Positions 19,120 through 28,980 of a DNA stretch of 64,000 bases are shown here, piece by piece. Position numbers and translations under genes: made by a program. The notes below the pieces were generated by a model, which searched no databases, was not told the DNA's origin, and was given only the letters and a program-made list of their open reading frames with translations. Each line of letters begins with the position of its first letter. Position 1 is the stretch's first letter. Source of the stretch: Candidatus Woesearchaeota archaeon. GTDB taxonomy: Archaea; Nanobdellota; Nanobdellia; Pacearchaeales; GW2011-AR1. The stretch spans positions 31,348 through 95,347 of the forward strand of contig CAZIFJ010000001.1 of assembly GCA_964538235.1 (NCBI GenBank). Direction: 5' to 3'.

Positions 19120-19668
19120 ATGAAAATTAAAAAAAAAGGAGTTTCAGAGATTATTGCAACAGTTGTAATTCTATTTGTAACAGTTGCCACAGTTTCAATT
19201 TTATCAGTATTTATAATTCCATTTGTAAAAAATAAATTAAACTCAAGCACAGAATGTATCTCTTATAAAAATTACTTCACATTTGACGAATCTTTTAATT
19301 ATAATTGTAATTCCAGAAATTTATACGCTTTTTCAATAAAGGCCCAGACAACAACACAAAATATTTCCTCAAATATTAAAGGTTTTGATTTAATATTAAA
19401 AGCCGAAGGTTCATCAAAAAAAATTTCTATAATTAATAATGCCGATTCATCTTGTTCAGAAAATGGAATTAAAATTCTCGGAAAATCTTGTCCATCCCTA
19501 CTAAAAGTTCCTGCTGAAGGCGAAACACAAACATTTGTTTACAACAAATCTTCAGCAGAAAAAGATTTTACTTTGGTTGAAGTTTATCCTTATTTAAATT
19601 CAGGGAAATCTTGCGAAAAATCAGATGAAATAAAAATAACTTTATGTAAGGATGTATCAATAAGTTAA
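19120..19668 (+). CDS. Archaeal type IV pilin (class III signal peptide)
   Basis: MKIKKKGVSEIIATVVILFVTVATV. Confidence 0.7.
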   Translation: MKIKKKGVSEIIATVVILFVTVATVSILSVFIIPFVKNKLNSSTECISYKNYFTFDESFNYNCNSRNLYAFSIKAQTTTQNISSNIKGFDLILKAEGSSKKISIINNADSSCSENGIKILGKSCPSLLKVPAEGETQTFVYNKSSAEKDFTLVEVYPYLNSGKSCEKSDEIKITLCKDVSIS

Positions 19669-20186
19669 TGGGGAAAAAAGCACAGATTTGGATTGAGACA
19701 GCATTATACACCTTAATTGGAATTGTGTTAATAGGTCTAGTTCTCGGGTTTGTAAGCCCAAAAATACAAGAGTCAAAAGATAGAATTTTATTAGATCAAA
19801 CAATGCTTTCTCTAAATAATTTAAATAAGAACATAGATATAACTTCAAACAACGTAAGAGTTTTTCCAGTTCAAATAAAAAAAGGAGAGTTATTCATAGA
19901 TTCTAAAGAAGATAAAATAACTTTCAAGCTCGACAATATTCTCAAAGCTCCAACAGAAGAAGGATATACAATAGAAAATGGAATAGTAAAAGTTCTTTCA
20001 ACAAAAGGCAAAAAATATTACTCAGTAAATCTTACTTTAGATTATAAAGCCATTTTTGATATAAAGGTAAATAACAGAGAAGAACTTTTGAGATTAAATT
20101 CTGCTCCAGCGCCATATAAATTATCTATCTCAAATTTAGGAAAAATAGACAAACTCAATGTCATAGACATAAAAGAAATTTCATAG
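19668..20186 (+). CDS. Pilin-like/minor pilin protein with an N-terminal TM helix
   Basis: MGKKAQIWIETALYTLIGIVLIGLVLGF. It is translationally coupled to the preceding pilin. Confidence 0.55.
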   Translation: MGKKAQIWIETALYTLIGIVLIGLVLGFVSPKIQESKDRILLDQTMLSLNNLNKNIDITSNNVRVFPVQIKKGELFIDSKEDKITFKLDNILKAPTEEGYTIENGIVKVLSTKGKKYYSVNLTLDYKAIFDIKVNNREELLRLNSAPAPYKLSISNLGKIDKLNVIDIKEIS

Positions 20187-20225
20187 TTTGATAAGTTTTA
20201 AATATAACTCTAAACTTTTTTATTA

Positions 20226-21761
20226 ATGGTATTTTCAATAAACCTTCACCCTGTAATTCCAGCTCTTCCAAAAATAAAAGATAAAAAATTAGTTAATGTT
20301 AGATATATGTTGATTCCACCTTATGCTTCCGCACATATTTATTGGAATAAAGAAATAAGCGAATTAATTTATGAAATTGAAGAACCTTTATTGCAAGAAA
20401 ACGAAAAACTTCTTTTAGATAAATTAGAAGAAGCAATGCTCGAAATTGTTAATATAAATGTAGTTATAGAAAACACAGTAGAAGCAACAATCAATTACAT
20501 TGACAAAACTGTGAAATTATTAATAGACGAATTAAATTTATCAATTTCATTTGAAACTTATCAAAAAATATTTTATTATTTATTTAGAGATTTTGTCGGC
20601 TTTAATGAGGTTGACCCCCTATTGAAAGATTATTTTATTGAAGATATTGAATGCAATGGAGTAAATACCCCAGTTTATATTGTACATAGAATTTATAGAA
20701 ATCTTAAAACGAATTTAATTTACAAAGATGGTGATAAGTTGGCGAGTTTTATTGAAAAATTAGCTCAGCGAGCAGGAAGATATGTTTCTTATGCCCAGCC
20801 ACTGCTAGACGGAACTCTTCCAGATGGCAGCAGAATAAATGCAACTTACACAAAAGACGTCACTTCAAGGGGCCCGACATTTACGATAAGAAAATTCACG
20901 CAAGTTCCTTGGACCCCGACACAGCTAATAGCATTTAATACTTTAAGTCCTGAAATGCTCGCTTATTGTTGGCTTTTAATTCAATATAAATCAAGTATTT
21001 TAGTTGCTGGCGGAACAGCTTCCGGAAAAACAACTTTATTAAATGCATTAGCATTTTTTATTCCTCCCGAAGCAAGAGTCGTAAGCATTGAAGATACAAG
21101 AGAATTAAACCTTCCAAGAGAGAACTGGCTTCCGGCCGTTGCAAGAACTTCTATCGGTATAGGAAAAGTTGGAGAAGTTGATTTATTCGCAATTTTAAAA
21201 AGTTCTTTTAGACAAAATCCAGATTATTTAATCGTTGGAGAAGTTAGAGGAAAAGAAGCTTTTGTTTTATTTCAGGGAATGGCCTCAGGGCACGCCTCAC
21301 TAAGCACAATGCACGCAGATTCAGTTGATACTTTAATTAGAAGATTACAAACTCCTCCAATAAATTTATCTCCAACATTAATCAATACTTTAGATTGTGT
21401 GGTGATAGCAACTCACGCGGTTATTAAATCTCAAGAAACAAGAAGGATAAGAGAAATAGTAGAAATAGTAAACATAAACAGAGACGGCTCTGCTTTAATT
21501 AATACTCCATTTAGATGGGACCCAAGAACAGACCAATTTTTTTCCAAGAAACAGAGCAAGTCGTTTGAGAAAATTTCGATAAGGACAGGGATATCTTTAG
21601 AGAAATTAAGACTCGAGTTTCTTGCACGCACAAGACTTTTATATGCTCTCTTCAAAAAGAAAATTTTTGATTTTGATGAAATTCAAAGAATAATAAACGA
21701 GTATTATAAAAATCCAACACAAGTTCTTAATAGATATGATATTATCGACGTAGTTCAATGA
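20226..21761 (+). CDS. Type II/IV secretion-family ATPase (archaeal FlaI/TadA-like pilus assembly ATPase)
   Basis: Walker A VAGGTASGKTT, with Asp box, Walker B and His box (ATHA). 511 aa. Confidence 0.85.
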   Translation: MVFSINLHPVIPALPKIKDKKLVNVRYMLIPPYASAHIYWNKEISELIYEIEEPLLQENEKLLLDKLEEAMLEIVNINVVIENTVEATINYIDKTVKLLIDELNLSISFETYQKIFYYLFRDFVGFNEVDPLLKDYFIEDIECNGVNTPVYIVHRIYRNLKTNLIYKDGDKLASFIEKLAQRAGRYVSYAQPLLDGTLPDGSRINATYTKDVTSRGPTFTIRKFTQVPWTPTQLIAFNTLSPEMLAYCWLLIQYKSSILVAGGTASGKTTLLNALAFFIPPEARVVSIEDTRELNLPRENWLPAVARTSIGIGKVGEVDLFAILKSSFRQNPDYLIVGEVRGKEAFVLFQGMASGHASLSTMHADSVDTLIRRLQTPPINLSPTLINTLDCVVIATHAVIKSQETRRIREIVEIVNINRDGSALINTPFRWDPRTDQFFSKKQSKSFEKISIRTGISLEKLRLEFLARTRLLYALFKKKIFDFDEIQRIINEYYKNPTQVLNRYDIIDVVQ

Positions 21762-21793
21762 AAGATATTTAAAGAATAAAAATTATTTTATTA

Positions 21794-21955
21794 ATGGACA
21801 AAGCTCAAATAACTGCTCTTGCGCAACTTCTCACAAGCATGAAAGATTCAATTTATAGATTAGAAAAAGCAATAGAAAAAAATAGTCTTGAGGAAGAATT
21901 AGCAGTTAAAAAAGAAATTTTAAGTTTTCAAAAAGAAGTGGAAAAAATGTTATGA
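21794..21955 (+). CDS. Small ORF (53 aa) between the ATPase and platform genes
   Basis: MDKAQITALAQLLTSMKDSIYRLEKAIEKNSLEELAVKKEILSFQKEVEKML. Its stop overlaps the start of the next gene. Confidence 0.3.
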   Translation: MDKAQITALAQLLTSMKDSIYRLEKAIEKNSLEEELAVKKEILSFQKEVEKML

Positions 21956-23253
21956 TAGAACAATTAAAAAACAACATACAGACAGAAATTAATATTTTAA
22001 GAGAAATATCAAATTTTAGCAGACTTTATGAAATATATAAAGAAAAAGAAAAGTATCTTATTTTATCTGCTATAGATGCATTAAAAAAAAGTATAAAAAT
22101 AATTAATAATTCAATTCCAGCATTATTAAGTAATACTTCTTCAACCAAAAAATTATCTACAAGTAAAAATATTAAAACTTTAGAAAAAGTAGGATTTCAT
22201 TCAGACAACACTAATTTACTAGTTACTTTAAACTCAAAAGATAAAGAAGTTTTCTTAAAGGAATTGAACATAGGAAGTTCATTAATAAAAAAATTAAAAA
22301 AAATTAAATCAGAAAATAAGCCTGATTCGGCAGAAACTTTCGAGGTCTCAAGAGGTTATCTTAAAGTTTCTAATTTAATGTTTAGAAAGTTAGCATATTC
22401 TTTAATAAAGAAAGGTTATTTTAGAGGGTTGTCAAATGAAATTCAAAAATCAAATCTAAATATTTTATTTGAAACTTATGTCTCAACAATTATTCTAACC
22501 ACTTTTATCGGCTTTATTTTTTCAATTTTTCTTTTAATATTTCTATTATTTTTTCAAATAAGTTTTAGCCCACCATATATAGAATCTTTCTCTGGAGAAA
22601 TTTTCAAAAGATTTTTTTCTCTGCTCTGGATTCCCATAGCTATTCCTTTCGTAGTTTTATTTTTAGTTTATTACTATCCTATTTCAGAAAAAGAAACTTT
22701 AGAAAGAAAAATTAATCAAGAACTTCCATTTGCAGTTATCCATATGAGCTCGATTTCTGGCTCAGGAATAGAGCCCACGGAAATTTTCAAAATTATAGGA
22801 TTAAGTAGAGAATATCCTGCTTTAAGAAAAGAAATAAGAAAAGTTCTTAATCAAGTAAATTTATATGGATACGACCTAGTCACTGCTTTAAACAATACTT
22901 CAAAAATAACTCCAAGCGTTTCTTTAAGCGAATTATTTTCAGGATTATCAACTACAATTAATTCAGGTGGAAATCTTTCAGATTTTTTTCAAAAAAGAGC
23001 AGAAACTCTTTTGCATAATTATCGTCTCGAAAGAGATAAATTCACAAAAATCGCAGAAACTTTTATGGATATTTACATCAGTGTTGTTTTAGCAACACCG
23101 ATGATTTTAATTCTTCTTTTAGTTATAATAAATGTTGCAGGAATTTCTATTGGTTTTTCTACAATTCAATTAACATTAATTACGATTTTGATAATTACTT
23201 TAATAAATATTATATTCTTAGGAGTGTTGCATGTAAAGCAGCCAGCATATTAA
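21952..23253 (+). CDS. Pilus platform membrane protein, part 1 (FlaJ/TadB-like, T2SS-F domain)
   Basis: A cytoplasmic N-domain followed by multiple TM helices, adjacent to the ATPase. Confidence 0.65.
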   Translation: MIEQLKNNIQTEINILREISNFSRLYEIYKEKEKYLILSAIDALKKSIKIINNSIPALLSNTSSTKKLSTSKNIKTLEKVGFHSDNTNLLVTLNSKDKEVFLKELNIGSSLIKKLKKIKSENKPDSAETFEVSRGYLKVSNLMFRKLAYSLIKKGYFRGLSNEIQKSNLNILFETYVSTIILTTFIGFIFSIFLLIFLLFFQISFSPPYIESFSGEIFKRFFSLLWIPIAIPFVVLFLVYYYPISEKETLERKINQELPFAVIHMSSISGSGIEPTEIFKIIGLSREYPALRKEIRKVLNQVNLYGYDLVTALNNTSKITPSVSLSELFSGLSTTINSGGNLSDFFQKRAETLLHNYRLERDKFTKIAETFMDIYISVVLATPMILILLLVIINVAGISIGFSTIQLTLITILIITLINIIFLGVLHVKQPAY

Positions 23254-23254
23254 A

Positions 23255-24112
23255 ATGAAATTCAAAAAAGTTCATGGGATAGGTTTGTTTGTTGGAGCTA
23301 TTCTGTTAGTATTAGATATAATTTATTTTACAGAAGAAAAAATATTTAATTTTATTCTAGGAATTTCTATTTTTATTTCTATTTTGCCTTTTATTATAGA
23401 AATAAATTTAGAAAATAAAAAAGAAAAGGAAATAAGTACAATGTTTTTAGAATTTTCTAGAAGCCTATCCGAAAGTGTTACAACAGGAACACCAATAAGT
23501 AAAAGTATAATAAACATGAAAAAGAAAAATTTTGGGGTTTTAACTCCACATATAGAAAAATTAGCAAATCAGATAGAAATAGGGATTCCTGTTCATCGCG
23601 CTTTACAAAATTTTGCATACGAAGTTGACAGCCCAACAATTAAGAGAGCAGTCGCCTTAATCAGAGAAGCAGAAAGGGCTGGGGGGGAAATAGATTATAT
23701 TCTTTCTTCTGTCGCAACTTCTATTTCAGATGTACAAAAACTTAAAGAAGAAAGAAAGGCTATGATTTATAATTTGGTTGTTCAGGGATATATAATATTT
23801 TTCATTTTTATTGGAATTATGTTAGTAATGGAATTTAAGATTCTTCCTTTAGTCTCTGACTTAAATGGTTTTGGAGGATTTGATTTATCTTCCATTCCAT
23901 CTACAACAGAAGAAAATTCCTCGAGCAATTCGAATTTAACACCCCAAGATTTAGCAACACCATTTTTATTATTATTATTATCTCAGGGTATTTTAGCAGG
24001 GTTGACCATAGGAAAATTAGCAGAGGGGAGCATAATTTCGGGTATCAAACACTCTTTTATATTATCAATGACTGCTTTTCTAGTATCAACCGGCGTTAGA
24101 GCGTTTTTCTAA
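23255..24112 (+). CDS. Pilus platform membrane protein, part 2 (TadC-like, T2SS-F domain)
   Basis: A TM, then a cytoplasmic helical domain, then TMs. It is 1 bp after part 1, so the platform is split as in bacterial Tad systems. Confidence 0.6.
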   Translation: MKFKKVHGIGLFVGAILLVLDIIYFTEEKIFNFILGISIFISILPFIIEINLENKKEKEISTMFLEFSRSLSESVTTGTPISKSIINMKKKNFGVLTPHIEKLANQIEIGIPVHRALQNFAYEVDSPTIKRAVALIREAERAGGEIDYILSSVATSISDVQKLKEERKAMIYNLVVQGYIIFFIFIGIMLVMEFKILPLVSDLNGFGGFDLSSIPSTTEENSSSNSNLTPQDLATPFLLLLLSQGILAGLTIGKLAEGSIISGIKHSFILSMTAFLVSTGVRAFF

Positions 24113-24885
24113 TTTTTAATTATATAAAAAACTTCATTTTCTCTTTTTTCAATTTTAAAATAATATCCCAATCTGTTTAAAATTTTTTCAAACCATATTC
24201 TTTCTGGTTTTTTCATAGGTTTTCCAGAAATTTTTTTTGTGGGAAAGCTGACTATAAAATATTTACATTTTATATTTTTAAGTAAATTTTCCGCAATTTT
24301 ATGTCCTTTTTCTTCTATAATGTCTAACAATTTTAAAAGTAAACACAAATCTACTTCAGGCAAATCTAAACCGCCCTTTCTTATATCATAAAAGAAAGTT
24401 TCTCCTTCTATTTTATTTTTCTCAAAAAATTTTTTCATAATTTTAAGTTCATCTTCTTTAATATCTGAAGCATAATATTTAATTCCTCTTTTTGCAACTG
24501 CAATCGGATTCAATCCGCATCCTAAATCAAGAATAGAGCTCGGATCAAGCCCATAAATTATTTTTTTAACATCATCATAAATTTCAATTCTTTCTCTTGT
24601 TGATTTGTGAGTTTTCAGCAAATCATTTATTTTGTCTTTTTCAAGAAACTCATCTCGTTGTTTATTATTTCCTTGAAATCTTCCAGTATACTTTCTTAAT
24701 TCAGCTCTTATTTCTTTAATTATTATTTTTCTTTCTCTTTTTTTTAAATTATCTAAATAAATATTATTTTTTCTCAAATATTCATTAATTAGCTCATTTA
24801 TTAAAATTTCAGAAACTCCAGATATTTCCCTTTTTCTTTTAATTTCCTCAATAAGATTTTTCATATAATTTTTTTCTTCACTCAT
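24109..24885 (-). CDS. ArmA/Rmt (FmrO)-family 16S rRNA (guanine1405-N7) methyltransferase homologue
   Basis: LLKTHKSTRER, ILDLGCGLNPIAV, FIVSFPTKKISGKPMKK and WFEK match ArmA LLKIHSSTNER, ILDFGCGFNPLAL, FVISFPIKSLSGKEKGM and WFES as I recall them. 258 aa. Confidence 0.6.
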   Translation of the reverse strand: MSEEKNYMKNLIEEIKRKREISGVSEILINELINEYLRKNNIYLDNLKKRERKIIIKEIRAELRKYTGRFQGNNKQRDEFLEKDKINDLLKTHKSTRERIEIYDDVKKIIYGLDPSSILDLGCGLNPIAVAKRGIKYYASDIKEDELKIMKKFFEKNKIEGETFFYDIRKGGLDLPEVDLCLLLKLLDIIEEKGHKIAENLLKNIKCKYFIVSFPTKKISGKPMKKPERIWFEKILNRLGYYFKIEKRENEVFYIIKN

Positions 24886-24949
24886 ATTCTAACAGAGTTT
24901 TTAATTATAAAAATTTGACGTATAGCAAAAGAATTAGATAATTCTTCAT

Positions 24950-25112
24950 GTCACGAACGTTCAAACCTCGCCTTTTAAGGCGAGGCGTTCGTGAGCACAG
25001 AAAATCTTTTAGATTTTCTGTTCAGAAAAGACTTACATCTTTTCTGCATCCAAAAAACAAGCGCCGAACAAACCACGGCTTTTAAGCCGTGGTGGCGCAT
25101 TGTTTTTTTGAT
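24950..25112 (+). repeat. GC-rich composite hairpin element, copy 2 (A + two extra AT hairpins + B + T7)
   Basis: It is the same as copy 1 but with a 50-nt insert, CAGAAAATCTTTTAGATTTTCTG/CAGAAAAGACTTACATCTTTTCTG, which is two more hairpins. The B stem is GCGCC/GGCGC, compensatory to copy 1's GCACC/GGTGC. Confidence 0.75.
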
Positions 25113-25176
25113 ATATAAAATATTTCTCTCTTTCGTATAGAGAAACTTATTTAAATTTCATTATACGATTTCCTAT

Positions 25177-25878
25177 ATGAAAAGAGGAGCAAGTCACGTT
25201 GAATTTATAATATCAAGCATTATGTTTATTAGTTTTGTAACTTTTATTTTATTTTTATTTAACATCCAAGAAAAATCCAACCCTGCAGAATTTTTATCAG
25301 AAAATATTTTCAATTCTTTAAAAGAAAATTCATCTGTCAATGTAGAGTATTATTATGTTTCTATAGATTTAACTGCAGTTAATAATAAACCATCAATTCA
25401 AGTTTCTTTAAACAGCATGCCAATAAATAATTTTGTCAGAGTAGAAAATTACTCTGGAGCAGTTTTACCATCAAAACTTGATGGTAATAATATAAAAATA
25501 GAACACTTAGATAATAATTTAATTATAATAATGCTTAGCGAAGATTTTCTTCCATTTAGTGGAAATGTAAATTCAGATTTTTCCAATTCCGGTTATTCAA
25601 TCATCTCTTCCAATTCAGAAAGAATTATTTCAGAAAAAAGAATTTTAAAAATAGAAGACTTATATTATTTAGATTACGTTTCTCTCAAAAAAAATTCATT
25701 CAAGCTCTTGGGTAATTTAGATTTCTTGTTCAAATTAGAATTTTTCCCTTCTAATTTTATAGAAGCAAAAATGAATATTCCTGAAGGGGTTGACATTTTT
25801 TCTCTTAATGAAAGAATTTTTGTTTTAAGATCCGATGGAACTAGAGCATCTGCTGATATGGAGGTAAAAGTATGGTAG
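25177..25878 (+). CDS. Class III signal peptide (pilin-like) protein
   Basis: MKRGASHVEFIISSIMFISFVTFILF. Confidence 0.6.
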   Translation: MKRGASHVEFIISSIMFISFVTFILFLFNIQEKSNPAEFLSENIFNSLKENSSVNVEYYYVSIDLTAVNNKPSIQVSLNSMPINNFVRVENYSGAVLPSKLDGNNIKIEHLDNNLIIIMLSEDFLPFSGNVNSDFSNSGYSIISSNSERIISEKRILKIEDLYYLDYVSLKKNSFKLLGNLDFLFKLEFFPSNFIEAKMNIPEGVDIFSLNERIFVLRSDGTRASADMEVKVW

Positions 25879-26306
25879 GAAAAAATGGCGTCTTGAGGGT
25901 ATTAGAAACCACAATAGCAATATTAATAATTTCCTCAGTAGTGATCTTTTTTTCAGTTAGAACACAAAATGAAAACGATTTACATTTAGATAAAATAGCA
26001 CCACCCTTACTAGAAGAAATATCAAAAAATACAAGTTTAAGAGATATTGTAATTTCTTCAAACCAAGAAAATAAAAAGAATAATGAAAAAATTATAATTG
26101 ATTTTATTTCTCCAAAGATAAAAATTGGAGGAATAAATTATACTGTTAAAATTTGCGAATTAAATGATATTTGTGTTATTGATACACCGATTGATTCTTT
26201 TGATGACATTTATGTTTCGGAAAGAGTAATTAGTGCAACACCTTTAGTTGGTTTTAATCCAAAGATAGTTAAAATTTTTCTCTGGCGCTCAAAGCCAAAA
26301 CCATAA
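25872..26306 (+). CDS. Pilin-like protein
   Basis: MVGKNGVLRVLETTIAILIISSVVIFF. It overlaps the previous gene. Confidence 0.5.
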   Translation: MVGKNGVLRVLETTIAILIISSVVIFFSVRTQNENDLHLDKIAPPLLEEISKNTSLRDIVISSNQENKKNNEKIIIDFISPKIKIGGINYTVKICELNDICVIDTPIDSFDDIYVSERVISATPLVGFNPKIVKIFLWRSKPKP

Positions 26307-26343
26307 ACACTAAATTTTTAAACAAAATTAGTTTAGCTTATTT

Positions 26344-28959
26344 ATGAAAAAAAGAGTTTTTTTGGTGTTTTTCTTATTTATTTTTTTATCAAATTTTTCT
26401 TCAGCAGATTTTATATATTTTAATAATTCTATTGAAAAAGTATATTCTTCTGGAGATAATGTTGCAGGTTTTTTTAATATAAGCTTTAAAGATGCAAAAG
26501 CAGATTCTTTATTGACTTCCAATTTTCCTGGAAATATTTCTCTTTTAGAATTTTTAGAAATTCAAGATCTAACTTTAAATGAAGATTATAATTGTAGTTT
26601 AAAAGATTGCTTAGATTCTTATTCTTCAACAAATACGATTTCTTCTTTAAGCGTAACTGGCGAGTCTATTTTAGGATTTAAATTGGAAGGTGAAGAAGTT
26701 CTTGTAAGGGATATTAAGCTGAAGATTGAAAGCGATTCTCCAAATTCTTGTTTAAATCCCCTCTCAATTAATATTCCTGAAAGTTTTCAAAAAATAACTA
26801 GTGATGTTTACACTCAAAATACTTGCTTTTCTAAAAACTATGGTTGTTTTTCTTCTTCAAATTCTTATCAAAATGTTACTATATCAAATACACAAATTTG
26901 CGAGAAATTAACTTTGCCTCCCGCTCCGGCATATAAATTAGGGGCGAAAATTACAAACAGCACAAAAGGTATTGCTACACTTTCAATGACTCTATATACA
27001 ACCCAAGGCTCGCTTTTAGAAAAATGCAATCTACCAAATCATATAGAGAAAACAGAAGAATTATCTTGTATAGTCAATCATCGCTCTTCAATTTCACAAG
27101 AGTATTTAGTTTGTGTTTTATCCAATATCCCATTTTCTTCAACAAGCCCAGATTATACAATTCGCTCTGAAACAAGCTCTCCTGTTTGTGGCTCAAACGA
27201 TTTAGGAGATACTTTCAAAAAAGATTATGAAATTTTTGCTCAATCAATGGAGTTCGGAAAAATCTCCATTCAAATTTTAGACTCTTCAAAATTTTTCTCT
27301 CCAGATAAATTATCTTCTATTTTTCAAGATTATCTTGAAGAAAAATATAATTCATTTTGTAAACCATTTTGCATAGTTCCTATTAAATTTTCTGGAAACC
27401 CTCAAAACTTGATTTTTTCTGATATTAACTTGGCATATTTATCTGATGGTGACGCAACATCAACAAACTCACTTTATACTACCTCAATACAAAAACCAAA
27501 AATAAATTCAAAACCTATCCAATTAGACTTATCTTTAATTAATTTTACAATTGACTCTCCAACAAAAAAAGAATTTATTTTATATTTAGACGATGAAATA
27601 ATATTCCAGCAAAAAATAAATATTTCAGATAGTTTTCAATTTGATATATCTCCTAAATTTGCTCTCCACGGCATAAACACGATATTTTCCATCAATTTAA
27701 ACAAAAATATTAGCAAAATTTCAGTGGATTTTGGAGATGGAGTTTCATCAGAATTTTTAACAAAAAATTTCTCTCATTCATATAAATCTCCAGGAAATTA
27801 TAAATTGATTGTTTCTGTAAAAGACTCACAAGGTTTAACTTCTATTAAAAAATTTAATATTTTTGTTGGAAATCCAAAAGAATCTGCATCAATAAAAATA
27901 GCAGACTTTGAATCAAAAATTTCAAATCTTACTCAAAAAATATTATCTTATCCTTCATGGATTCAAAATAATATAAAAAATACGATTGAATTAGAAGAAT
28001 TAAAATCTTCTATAAAAAAAATAAAAGATGATTTTAATTCTTCAGAATCAGATGAAGATTATATTTCTGTTGTTGAAGGTTTATTAAATCTATATATACC
28101 CTATTCCATATCAACAACTCAATCTGGAGAAATTCCTTTAATAGCAGGTTTAGATTCAATAAATTCAGATTACATAAAATCCATTTCTAATTTTGAAGGC
28201 GAAATTTCCGATGAATCTTTCAAGTCTTCAGTTTCTTCTTGGATTACAGAGAATTTTGATGCACAAATTTCTTTCCAAACAATTTCATCTTTTTCAGATT
28301 TAGAAATATCTCCATTATTAACTTCCTTTAAAATAGATTTAACAAAACTATCCTCTGATACAGAGATAGCATATTTAATTATTGATAGACCATTTGATTC
28401 CATAACTTTTTTAAAAGATTACGGCCAAAAATTAATTGAATCCGCAACTTATATTCCAATAAAATCTTCTTTATCCATAGAATTTTTAGCTGAAGATGGA
28501 GAAGACTTTTCAAGTCTTGGATTTTATCTCTCTCCCGACATTCAATTTTTAGAAATCTTTCCAGTAGAATCTGAAATAGAAGAGTTTGAAAAGAAATATC
28601 CAATCGGAAGAGTATCTATAATAATTTCTATAATTTTCTTTTCTTTTCTTGTAATTTATATAATTTTACAAGAATGGTACAAAAAGAGATACGAATCTTA
28701 TTTATTCAAAAGTGCTGAAGATATATATAATCTAATTAACTTCATTTCAAATGCAAGAAAATCTGGTTTAAATGATTCAGACATAAGGATAAAATTATCA
28801 AGAAACGGTTGGAATAATGAACAAATAACTTATGCTTTCAAAAGATTTGATGGAAAAAGAACAGGTATGTTTGAAATTCCTTTATTCAGATTTTTAGAAC
28901 AGAAAAAAATTAAATCAGAACTTGAGAAAAGAAATTTTGTTAGAGGAAAGATTTATTAA
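26344..28959 (+). CDS. Large surface protein (871 aa): signal peptide, ~750-aa ectodomain, single TM, ~110-aa cytoplasmic tail
   Basis: The N-terminal signal is MKKRVFLVFFLFIFLSNFSSA. There are many N-x-S/T sequons. The TM segment is VSIIISIIFFSFLVIYIIL and is followed by a basic tail. Confidence 0.6.
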   Translation: MKKRVFLVFFLFIFLSNFSSADFIYFNNSIEKVYSSGDNVAGFFNISFKDAKADSLLTSNFPGNISLLEFLEIQDLTLNEDYNCSLKDCLDSYSSTNTISSLSVTGESILGFKLEGEEVLVRDIKLKIESDSPNSCLNPLSINIPESFQKITSDVYTQNTCFSKNYGCFSSSNSYQNVTISNTQICEKLTLPPAPAYKLGAKITNSTKGIATLSMTLYTTQGSLLEKCNLPNHIEKTEELSCIVNHRSSISQEYLVCVLSNIPFSSTSPDYTIRSETSSPVCGSNDLGDTFKKDYEIFAQSMEFGKISIQILDSSKFFSPDKLSSIFQDYLEEKYNSFCKPFCIVPIKFSGNPQNLIFSDINLAYLSDGDATSTNSLYTTSIQKPKINSKPIQLDLSLINFTIDSPTKKEFILYLDDEIIFQQKINISDSFQFDISPKFALHGINTIFSINLNKNISKISVDFGDGVSSEFLTKNFSHSYKSPGNYKLIVSVKDSQGLTSIKKFNIFVGNPKESASIKIADFESKISNLTQKILSYPSWIQNNIKNTIELEELKSSIKKIKDDFNSSESDEDYISVVEGLLNLYIPYSISTTQSGEIPLIAGLDSINSDYIKSISNFEGEISDESFKSSVSSWITENFDAQISFQTISSFSDLEISPLLTSFKIDLTKLSSDTEIAYLIIDRPFDSITFLKDYGQKLIESATYIPIKSSLSIEFLAEDGEDFSSLGFYLSPDIQFLEIFPVESEIEEFEKKYPIGRVSIIISIIFFSFLVIYIILQEWYKKRYESYLFKSAEDIYNLINFISNARKSGLNDSDIRIKLSRNGWNNEQITYAFKRFDGKRTGMFEIPLFRFLEQKKIKSELEKRNFVRGKIY

Positions 28960-28980
28960 ACTTCTATCTTTCTAAAATAT

